Source: Verrucomicrobiota bacterium (GTDB lineage: Bacteria > Verrucomicrobiota > Lentisphaeria > Lentisphaerales > Lentisphaeraceae). From it: DNA of 64,000 bases. The notes under the pieces are model-generated. The model was not told where the DNA came from. It made no database searches and saw only the letters and a program-made list of their open reading frames with translations. Location: NCBI GenBank assembly GCA_039798785.1, contig JBDKFG010000007.1:28932-92931 (forward strand), written 5' to 3'. Positions 1 to 8,298 of the stretch are shown here, one piece after another; the stretch's first letter is position 1; the number at the start of each line of letters is the position of its first letter. A program made the position numbers and the translations under genes.

Positions 1-2
1 TC

Positions 3-668
3 GACGAAAGCCTCGCCCAGCAAGCGCGACAGCAGCTCGCCGAGCTCGGCGTCGAAGTGATCACCGGCAAAGGGGTCACCGCCATCGATGCCGAGGGGGT
101 CGAGATCGCCGGCAATCGCGTCGCCGCCAAGACCGTGCTCTGGGGCGCCGGCGTCCAGGCTTCGAAACTGGGCAGCACCATCGCCGGAGCCGAGATCGAC
201 CGGTCCGGACGGGTCAAGGTCGACGAGTTCCTCGCGGTGCCGCAGCATCCAGAGGTCTTCGTCCTCGGCGACATGGCGCATTGCGCCAATCCCGCGGTGA
301 AGGACAAGGAGGGGCGGCCGATGCCACTGCCCGGCGTCGCTCCGGTGGCGATGCAGCAGGGGAATTATCTCGCGTCCGAGCTTCGCCGCCGCGCCTCCGG
401 CAAAGAGCCGCGCCCCTTCCGATATCTTGACAAGGGCAGCATGGCGACCATCGGCCGCAGCCGCGCGATCTGCCAGACCGGCAGTGTCAAGATGGCCGGC
501 TTCACCGCCTGGCTCGCCTGGATGTTCATCCACGTCTACTACCTCGTCGGCTTCACCAACCGCTTCGGCATCATCATCAAGTGGACCTGGAACTACTTCA
601 CCTTCCGTAAAAGCGCCCGCCTCATCGTCGGCAAGGAATGGCGCTTCTCCAAGAAGGTCCAGGATTGA
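3..668 (+). CDS. ndh: Type II NADH dehydrogenase (NDH-2), 5'-truncated by window edge
   Basis: Open frame from position 3. Motifs VLWGAGV, GRVKVD, VFVLGDMA, PGVAPVAMQQG, FRYLDKGSMATIGR, GFTAWLAWMFIH. Confidence 0.9.
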   Translation, partial: DESLAQQARQQLAELGVEVITGKGVTAIDAEGVEIAGNRVAAKTVLWGAGVQASKLGSTIAGAEIDRSGRVKVDEFLAVPQHPEVFVLGDMAHCANPAVKDKEGRPMPLPGVAPVAMQQGNYLASELRRRASGKEPRPFRYLDKGSMATIGRSRAICQTGSVKMAGFTAWLAWMFIHVYYLVGFTNRFGIIIKWTWNYFTFRKSARLIVGKEWRFSKKVQD

Positions 669-685
669 AGCGGGCGCGTCAAGAT

Positions 686-1849
686 TCAGGATGGATTTCG
701 CTGCATTCGAAATTCCCCTGCAGTCACGCCATGGGCATCGCGAAAAACACTTTGCATGGAGACGACATTTGGAAAGCCGGCGTCGAGAGCGACGCGCTCG
801 ATGGTGAATTCTGGTCGCTCTCGAAGCAGGCGCTCGGCGGCTTCGAGTCTGAGCTTCTGGAGCATATCCAAGAGGCTGAGGCCGGTGGCATCACGGAAAT
901 CCCGCTCAAGACTGCGACGAGCGACGGAAAGCTGCTCGGCGATTGACTGGACGCTTGAGCAGCTCCGGAGGTCAGTTCGCATCAGCCGGAGGGCTGCCGC
1001 TGCGCGCGGGTGGTGCACGGTGTGGACATCGCTGGATTCACGGAGAACCACCCCTTTGGCCGGGATTCGCAGATGTTGACATTCAGGCTTTTTGCCGAGC
1101 AGCAGGGTCTCCAGCAAGCGGGCAGCTTGGTAGCCGACTTCCCAATTGTTGCGGTCGATGCTGGAGAGAGGGGGGGTCGACAGCTCGCAGTACTGGGGTT
1201 CGTTGTCGCAAGCCAGCACCGCGATGTCCTCTGGCACCCGCAGTCCGGCCTGCGAGCAGGCCGCGAGGATGTTGAACCCGCAGTAGTCGTTGGCGGCGAA
1301 AATTGCGGCTGGCCTAGCGAGGGAAAGCAGTTTTATGATCAGCGCATCTGGATCGATAGGCAGTTGACGGAATTTCTGGGCGCCTCGATTGGGGATTTCG
1401 CATTCGACATTCACACATTGATGACCGGCTTTCTTCAGCGCCGCTGCGAACCCCTGCCGCCGCTCGAAGAATACTGGCAGCTGGAAATAACTAAAGAAGT
1501 AGAAGTTCCGGAAGCCGCGGGTGAGAAAGTGTTCGGCGGCCAGTACGCCGAATTGATGGTAGTCGAAACAGACTCCGGGCAGGCCGGCAAGGGGTAGTGC
1601 CGTATTGACGACTGGTATGCCGAGTGAGCGCAGCTCCATGGCGCACTCGAGATCGCGCAAAGGCCCGATAACGCCTTCGATTCCGAGCTGCCGCAGCTGC
1701 TCGGCCGAGGCGACATACGATTCTTCCAAGAGGGGAACCGACCAGGTGAAGCAAGAGTTTCGCTTGAATGCGATGATTCCGTCCAGCAGCCCGTCTCTCT
1801 GGCTCAAGGCGATGCGTCTCGCCGGCTTCATCGTTGCCTGATTCATCAT
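686..1849 (-). CDS. XylR-type transcriptional regulator (LacI-like sugar-binding domain plus C-terminal AraC HTH)
   Basis: AIFAANDY, RVPEDIAVL, PPLSSID, then SRRSLERDF...LRLEAAERLL...VALDAGF AraC HTH. Confidence 0.9.
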   Translation of the reverse strand: MMNQATMKPARRIALSQRDGLLDGIIAFKRNSCFTWSVPLLEESYVASAEQLRQLGIEGVIGPLRDLECAMELRSLGIPVVNTALPLAGLPGVCFDYHQFGVLAAEHFLTRGFRNFYFFSYFQLPVFFERRQGFAAALKKAGHQCVNVECEIPNRGAQKFRQLPIDPDALIIKLLSLARPAAIFAANDYCGFNILAACSQAGLRVPEDIAVLACDNEPQYCELSTPPLSSIDRNNWEVGYQAARLLETLLLGKKPECQHLRIPAKGVVLRESSDVHTVHHPRAAAALRLMRTDLRSCSSVQSIAEQLSVARRSLERDFRDATGLSLLDMLQKLRLEAAERLLRERPEFTIERVALDAGFPNVVSMQSVFRDAHGVTAGEFRMQRNPS

Positions 1850-1976
1850 GGGTCCAGATCCGGGATGCGTGCAGTTAGCCTTGGGAGCAGGAGAATGCTC
1901 GGCGCACTATAGCACGTCTTTTGATCGGATTTCGGGACTCACTGGACCACTGGATCTGACTGACCTGTTCGGCTCC

Positions 1977-4900
1977 TCATCGGCTGGTTATTTGTGCGCG
2001 GACCAAGGTTTGGCCTCCGTCCGTAGAGTGGTAAAGGCCGTCGTTAAACAGCAAAGCGACAATCCGCCCCGAAGTGGGGTCCGCCGCTGCCGAAACCAGG
2101 CCACCTTTCGGGACGTCTCCCTTGATCTCCTGCCACTGCCAATTCAGCTGCCAATCTGTGCTGACCGCCAGCCGTCCCGGCAAGCCGGGAGTTAAAGCCT
2201 GGGTGAGGCTGCGGCCGCTGCGAGTGCCCTCGCCATTGCCCGAGCTGGCGATGGCGGTGCAAGGACGAAGCCATTCGAGATTCTTCCTATCCGAATGCAG
2301 AAAACTCCGGCTGCCGTGCGAGCCTTGAAGGCCGTGAGTGGTGGCATAGGACATGTCATCGGCGGTGTACAGGCCTTTTTCGAAGCTGAGGTTGTAGAGG
2401 CCGGTGTCGACGCGTTCGAAAACCGTGTGGAATGTCCGGCCTCCGTCGCGGCTGATGCGGCTGAAGCTGGCCTTGGCATGGGAAGGGACGCTCGGCTCGC
2501 CGCGTCCGAGGAAGCGCATCCATTCGTCAGGACAGGTCAGGATTCCGAGCTGGGCCTGGCCGGTTCCGCCACTCGGATGCTGAGCTTCCCACGGCCAGGG
2601 ACGGACGCAAGTGATGCGTTCGCCTTCGAGCCCGGTGCGGCGCCAGGTCCTGCCGAGATCGTCGCTGCGGAAGAATCCGCGCGATTCGCAGCCGGCAAAG
2701 ACGGTGTCGGGCTTCTGCGGATCGAAAGCAAGAATCTCGCCGCAGAGCGCCGAAGGACCTTCGCCGTCGAAATCGCCGTCGAAGTCAAGCTTGTTCCAGC
2801 TGGCGCCGCCGTCGCGGCTGAGCCACAGGCTGCTGCCCGATCTGCCGCGGCCGCAGGCGCGGAGGAGGAGTTGCGGATCGCTCGGATGGACGGCGACACT
2901 GCGGACAAAGAGCGCATCGCCCTTGAGTTGGCCGTCCGCTCCTTGCCAGGACTTGCCGCCGTCGCCCGAGCGGAGCAGGCCGAGGCCGCTGGAGCGCAGA
3001 TAGAGGACTGCTGGATTCGATGCCGCCATGATCACGCCGGTGCGGCGCATGCCGTCCCAGTCTTTGACGGCGGCAGGTCGAGGTATGTCCATGCCTTGGG
3101 CCAAGCCGGGCTCGATGGCCAATCGGCTGACAGAGGCGGTGAAATGGGCGCGAGCATGCTGCGGAAGCGAGTTGATGAAGAGCCCTGCCGCGACTTCCTC
3201 CATTGCGGGGCGGAATTGCCAGGCTCCCAGTTCCCAAGCCTGGCCATCGACCGAGGTCCACGCGGTCCACACCTGGCCTTGACGGACCAGACGCAGCCAA
3301 GGCCGGTCCTTGGGGAGTTGGAAGCTCGACATCCGGCTGGCGCCGAGGTCTGAGAAATCCGGGCTGACTCGGAGCCCTTGTCTGCCGGTCTGGATGATGT
3401 AGAACTGCTGGCCCCATTCCCAGGGTCTGTACTCGGGGTGCTCCTGCGCCGAGAGGCCGATCCAGGAGGCGGGATTGACCGGTTCGCCTTTCAGGCCGTT
3501 GCAGGCATCGACCCGGCAGGTCAGGGTGAAGTCACCTTTGACTTTTCGGCTGAGGAAGTGTGTGCCTTCGCCGAAAAATGCATAGCTGCCAGGGCCGGAC
3601 TGGGTGATGGTGAAGCGCGATTTCTGGTCGCCGGCATTGCGGTGCGACCAGCTTGAATCGAGGGTGGCCGTGTCAATCGCCAGTGACAGGGGTTTTCCGT
3701 CGACGGTTTGATTCTGATCATAGAAGACCCGTGTCCACAAGGAGTTTTCTCCTGCCGGCAAGGAGCCTTGGTATTCCAGCCTCCTTTCCTGAGATTCAGC
3801 CAGTTGCAAGCTGCCGAGGAAAAGGACGACTTTTTGAATCCGGTGGCTTCCGGGAGACACCTCGACAGTGGCTTTGCCGCAGCCGGGGGCAAGTGCGGAG
3901 GCCTTGCACTGCACCTGCGGCAGGCTGTCGTCGCTACGATGGCGGAGGGCGTCGAGAGGGATGGCTTGCCGGCCGAAACCGGGGCCTTCCCAGTCGAGCT
4001 GGAAATTGCGGTTGTAGGTTTTATCGATCAGGACGAGCGCCTCGAAGGGGTGATCACCTTTGCCGAGATGGAGGGTGAGGGTTTTCTCCTCGGATCCGAG
4101 CTGGTCGTCGCGTATCAGCCCGGGCTGGCCTGCGATGCTGATCTGGTAAGCTCCGTCGATGTTGGCGCGCAGCAGATACAAGCCGCTGGCGGGAGCGCGG
4201 AGGTAGCCCTTGAAGCGCATGGCATAGGCCTGATTGCGATCGCCGCGAAGAGTGCTGTCGAAGCCGCGGGATATCCCGGATTGAACCAATTTGCCGGTAC
4301 CGATTTCGTCGAGCTTGATCCATGCGTGTCTTTCGTTGGGATGGAGAAGTGCATGATAAAGGATGCTCTCCTGCCGCTCTCCTTCTTTCAGAATCAGTTC
4401 GTACTCGAGGCCAGGCGAACTGGCGACGGGAAGAGAGGGTGCCGGGGCATCAGCGGCGACGGCGGCGGCGATTACGGGCGTTGCAGCCTGATCGTAGACA
4501 TCTATCATGGTCAAGCGGACGTAAGGATGGCTCAAGTCAACATCGAGCAGAGCTGAGCGGATGTGCGGCATCCTTTCGCTTCTCGAAGCCCGCGGCATGC
4601 CGCGGCATTCAGGATTGTCGAACACTTCGAGCTTGTAAGCGAATGACGGGGAGGAGTGGGCGGGAATCTCCCAATCGACCTGGATCTGACGGCCGTTGGT
4701 GCGTGCCTGAAATTTGCCGACGAGAGGTTTGTCGAGCTGGGGCAGATCGGCCTGCCTGACTTTGAAAGAGACTCTCTTGTCCGAGGGGATCAAGGGCCCC
4801 TTGAGACGCATCGGCATGAGGTCAGGTTTCTGGGAGTATTCGATGGCGGCGTATTCATGCTCTCCTTCGGCGATGACATTGACGGCGACGAATTTGGATT

Positions 4901-5603
4901 TGTCGATAGTGATCATATCCGCCTTGCGCCATTTTCCGTCTTTGCGGCAATATCCGAAGCGTCGGTCGAGGGGGTGGACGACGGCGCCTGTGCCGGCTCC
5001 AAGCGGCTCGATGAAGCCGCAATTGCCTTTGAAGGAAGTTGCGGCGAGCGGCAGCCGGGCGATGCCTATGAGGCGCCATTGTTTAGAGGTGCCGTCCTTG
5101 ATCCAGCGGCCGATATACGAGCAGTCGCCGCCGTCAAGAGGGCGCCAGACCCGAGCCAGCATGGTGTGCCAGGCTCCACTTTTGACTCCTTGCCAAGCAA
5201 AGCCCGGAAGCGACCCGCAGGCACCTTCGTGGATGTAGGTGTTGTTGAAAGTGCAGTGGGCATTGGAGGCGATGAAACGCACCGGTTCGCCGTTCTCCGC
5301 ACCACCCCAGAAGGACCAGACCGAATCGGGCCGGTGGGCATCCTGGACGGCTGGATCGAGGTTGGGGCGGAAGTCCGCGGCATTGGGAACGGTTGAGGTG
5401 AAGCCGGCGTAGAAGGTGATTTTCGAAGAAGGATTGAAGCTGGAATTCCAGTTGGCGTAATAGGTGCCTGAGCACCACCATGGCCAGCGCAGATCCATCT
5501 GGATCAGATCAGATCCATCCTCGACATTCTCCTCATACCAGGTGGCCTGGAGGGCGAGCGGCAGAATGGCGAGCAGAAAAATCGATGTAAAGAAGCGACT
5601 CAT
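1977..5603 (-). CDS. Large secreted multidomain protein (DUF3472-like N-terminus, PA14, ConA-like sandwich, BNR/Asp-box propeller)
   Basis: ATG at 5603 with GGAG RBS and a signal peptide (MSRFFTSIFLLAILPLALQA). PA14-like YAMRFKGYLRAPASGLY and LDWEGPG. Asp-box repeats SGDGGKSW, SRDGGASW, SDDLGRTW, SRDGGRTF, STDGGQT. Confidence 0.7.
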   Translation of the reverse strand: MSRFFTSIFLLAILPLALQATWYEENVEDGSDLIQMDLRWPWWCSGTYYANWNSSFNPSSKITFYAGFTSTVPNAADFRPNLDPAVQDAHRPDSVWSFWGGAENGEPVRFIASNAHCTFNNTYIHEGACGSLPGFAWQGVKSGAWHTMLARVWRPLDGGDCSYIGRWIKDGTSKQWRLIGIARLPLAATSFKGNCGFIEPLGAGTGAVVHPLDRRFGYCRKDGKWRKADMITIDKSKFVAVNVIAEGEHEYAAIEYSQKPDLMPMRLKGPLIPSDKRVSFKVRQADLPQLDKPLVGKFQARTNGRQIQVDWEIPAHSSPSFAYKLEVFDNPECRGMPRASRSERMPHIRSALLDVDLSHPYVRLTMIDVYDQAATPVIAAAVAADAPAPSLPVASSPGLEYELILKEGERQESILYHALLHPNERHAWIKLDEIGTGKLVQSGISRGFDSTLRGDRNQAYAMRFKGYLRAPASGLYLLRANIDGAYQISIAGQPGLIRDDQLGSEEKTLTLHLGKGDHPFEALVLIDKTYNRNFQLDWEGPGFGRQAIPLDALRHRSDDSLPQVQCKASALAPGCGKATVEVSPGSHRIQKVVLFLGSLQLAESQERRLEYQGSLPAGENSLWTRVFYDQNQTVDGKPLSLAIDTATLDSSWSHRNAGDQKSRFTITQSGPGSYAFFGEGTHFLSRKVKGDFTLTCRVDACNGLKGEPVNPASWIGLSAQEHPEYRPWEWGQQFYIIQTGRQGLRVSPDFSDLGASRMSSFQLPKDRPWLRLVRQGQVWTAWTSVDGQAWELGAWQFRPAMEEVAAGLFINSLPQHARAHFTASVSRLAIEPGLAQGMDIPRPAAVKDWDGMRRTGVIMAASNPAVLYLRSSGLGLLRSGDGGKSWQGADGQLKGDALFVRSVAVHPSDPQLLLRACGRGRSGSSLWLSRDGGASWNKLDFDGDFDGEGPSALCGEILAFDPQKPDTVFAGCESRGFFRSDDLGRTWRRTGLEGERITCVRPWPWEAQHPSGGTGQAQLGILTCPDEWMRFLGRGEPSVPSHAKASFSRISRDGGRTFHTVFERVDTGLYNLSFEKGLYTADDMSYATTHGLQGSHGSRSFLHSDRKNLEWLRPCTAIASSGNGEGTRSGRSLTQALTPGLPGRLAVSTDWQLNWQWQEIKGDVPKGGLVSAAADPTSGRIVALLFNDGLYHSTDGGQTLVRAQITSR

Positions 5604-5641
5604 CGGGGGTCTCCAGGGCAAGGTGATAGTTAGAGGACACA

Positions 5642-8239
5642 TCAGTTTTCCGGTGCAAGTTCCAATCTCTCGCCCCGGGCTGTCTTGAGGATCAGCCTCT
5701 CTCCCGCGGCGCTCTCCATGGGCCGGCTCTTGCGGCTGATCTTCACCTTGTGGCCCGGCCAGGGATTGAGAATGGTGCACTCGCCTCCCGCCTCGCTGGA
5801 AATGGCGACGCCGCTGACTACGCCCTTTTTGAGTTCAGCCGAGACCAGGAATGCGCCGACGGCGCGCAGCTTGCCGAATCGGGCATCCAGCTCTCTGGGC
5901 CAGCAGGGAAAGAGGCGGATGACACCTTCATGCGATTGCATCAGCATCTCGGTGACCGCGAGGGATGGAGAGACGTTTTCGATGCCGCCGCCGCCGAAAT
6001 TGAGGAGTTTGTTGGGCAGGCTGTGTTGAGCGTACAGCCTGTGCATTTCGGCCAGGGTTTTTCTGGGGTCGTAGCCGACACGGACACAGGCCGTGTACCA
6101 TGAAGAACTGCCGTTGTAATCGCTCCATCTGCCCATGGCGTCGATCATGTTGAGGCTGGTGTCGATCAAGGACTTGTCGCTATCCAGGCCGATGGCGCCG
6201 GCGGGAAATATGTGCTGGATGCCGAGCGTGTTGTCGTTCCTCCAGGCAGTCCCGGTCTCGGTGTAGCGGAAAACCAACTTGCCGTCTCGCTTCTGGGTGG
6301 GGAAATCGCTGAGTCGCGACCGGATGTCCCTCCACTTGGTTCGACGCTCGTGATCAGTATTGAGTACTTCGCTCATTTCCGGCAGGATGCCGAACAGAGC
6401 GCGGAGCAGGCCGATGCTGACGATGGGGTTGACATCGGTAGGGCTGTCGTTTTCATGGATGGCGTCGTTGCGGATCACATAGCGGCCGTTTTCGAGCTTC
6501 AGGTAATCCTCCCAGAAATCCGCGACCCCTGTGAGGTAGGCGTAGCCCTCCCGCTTCAGCCAGTCGACGTCGCGGGAATGCTGCCAGTGCCAGATGTAGG
6601 GTAGGGCGGCATATGCGGCATTGCTGCGTTGTCCGAAGTCGCTGTTGTCTCCTTCGGGGCACATTCCCCATGGGCCGATCGAGACTGGAAGATGAATGCC
6701 TTTCCAGCCGCGGGCTGCTGCGATCTTGCGGCCGCGAGGAATGGACTGGTTGATGGCGATGTAGTAGGGCAATGTCAGGTCGAGGTGATTGGCGCTGTAC
6801 AAGCCATAGAAGGGTGCCTGGAAATTGTAGTTGAGGTGATAATCGCCGTGCCATGCGGGATTGTCGACGGTGATCCAATTCCCCCAGAGGCCCGGGGCGA
6901 CTTTGCCGGGGCGGCTGCAGCAAGCCATGGTGTACCACGAGGCATACCACGATTGCTCGATCGTCTTGTCGGGGATTTCGATGAACGAACGGTCCCAGAA
7001 GGCCTGCCACCAGGTTCTGTGGGCGGCGATGGAGCTTAATAGCGTCTCGAGAGTCATGCTTGAACAAAGATCGCGAGCTGCGGCTTGCGGCTCTTTGCCA
7101 GGGACATCCAGATCACTTAGGATCGCAGTGCAGATGGTCGCCTGTCTTCCGGGAGGCAGGGTGAAGGTCCTTCCTTCAGCTCCGAGCACGCGGCTGGCCA
7201 AGGCGAGCCGCCGGCCTTCGGGATCGGGAGCGTCCGGCGCGTAAAGGAATTCGCTGCCCGAGTCGAGAGGCTCGCCGCCAAGCTGGGCTTTCAATTTGCC
7301 ATCCACGATCAATCTCATGGCCGTTCCGTCAAAAGTGGCGGCGAGGTGGATCCACTGGTTCAGCGGCAGGCGTTCATCGGATTGAACCATGACGCCGTCT
7401 ATGGTGAAGCGGAGCCGACCTTGTGAAAGCCCGAGGCTGAAGCACTGGTTCCATTCACCCCTGCTGACCAGATAGTCCGCATCCGAGGACAAGGTCGCCG
7501 CCTTGATCCAACAGCTTATGGTGATCGCCTTGCTGAGCTGCGGCGCGACCAGGACCTTGCCTGACTTGCCATCGAAGACTTCGGCTGCAGGGCGGGGCGA
7601 CTTCACAAGCTCGGCGATCTCCTTGTCTCCGAGGGCGCGGTCCAGGATCTGGAAGCCCGCCATTTCGCCATTGAAGAACCAACGACCCCGTCCGTACTGC
7701 TCGCAGCCGACTTTGACCGGAGAGGCATTGGCGGGAATCGATTTCGGCAGATTTCCTCCCGGCGCGCCCTTGACGGTCTTCAACGTGAATGACAGGGGCG
7801 AGCCGCCTCGGTTGTTAATCTCGGTGAACAGGATGTTGCGATTGGCGTCGACCCATGTTCTTGATTTCAGGTGTGCCCTGCCCTTGACATAATCGCCCCG
7901 GATCTCGGCGAGGGACATATCCTGGACAGTCTCGAACTGGGCACCTTGCAGCTCGGGACAAACAAGCCGCAAATGGCCGACGGCTATCGGCGATTGCCGT
8001 TTGCGGCTCCAGAAGTCATTTTTGCCGATATAGAAGAGCAGGCAATCTGCGGCGCCGGACTGCATCACGCCTACATCGCCGTTGCCGAGCAAGGGGCCGG
8101 ATGCCATGTGGGCAGTCGCAGTCCCGCAAGGAGCTTTCTGGGTGATGGAGTGGCGGGCGACTATGGCCGTCTCCTCGGGCCGGGGGGCTTCCTCCGCTCC
8201 TGCTTGGAGCAGAAACGCAGAGAGGATTGAGTGCAGCAT
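5642..8239 (-). CDS. GH95-like glycoside hydrolase (putative alpha-L-fucosidase) with inserted LamG-like domain
   Basis: LLGNGDVG, PGLWGNW, WHGDYHLNYN, EMLMQSHEGVIRLFPCWP, LRAVGAFLVSA. LamG signature WIHLAATFDG...LIVDG. Confidence 0.75.
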   Translation of the reverse strand: MLHSILSAFLLQAGAEEAPRPEETAIVARHSITQKAPCGTATAHMASGPLLGNGDVGVMQSGAADCLLFYIGKNDFWSRKRQSPIAVGHLRLVCPELQGAQFETVQDMSLAEIRGDYVKGRAHLKSRTWVDANRNILFTEINNRGGSPLSFTLKTVKGAPGGNLPKSIPANASPVKVGCEQYGRGRWFFNGEMAGFQILDRALGDKEIAELVKSPRPAAEVFDGKSGKVLVAPQLSKAITISCWIKAATLSSDADYLVSRGEWNQCFSLGLSQGRLRFTIDGVMVQSDERLPLNQWIHLAATFDGTAMRLIVDGKLKAQLGGEPLDSGSEFLYAPDAPDPEGRRLALASRVLGAEGRTFTLPPGRQATICTAILSDLDVPGKEPQAAARDLCSSMTLETLLSSIAAHRTWWQAFWDRSFIEIPDKTIEQSWYASWYTMACCSRPGKVAPGLWGNWITVDNPAWHGDYHLNYNFQAPFYGLYSANHLDLTLPYYIAINQSIPRGRKIAAARGWKGIHLPVSIGPWGMCPEGDNSDFGQRSNAAYAALPYIWHWQHSRDVDWLKREGYAYLTGVADFWEDYLKLENGRYVIRNDAIHENDSPTDVNPIVSIGLLRALFGILPEMSEVLNTDHERRTKWRDIRSRLSDFPTQKRDGKLVFRYTETGTAWRNDNTLGIQHIFPAGAIGLDSDKSLIDTSLNMIDAMGRWSDYNGSSSWYTACVRVGYDPRKTLAEMHRLYAQHSLPNKLLNFGGGGIENVSPSLAVTEMLMQSHEGVIRLFPCWPRELDARFGKLRAVGAFLVSAELKKGVVSGVAISSEAGGECTILNPWPGHKVKISRKSRPMESAAGERLILKTARGERLELAPEN

Positions 8240-8298
8240 GGAAAAGCTCCTTCTACAAAGGTTGCGCAGGATTTGTCATAAGAGGGAGGCTCAGGAAA

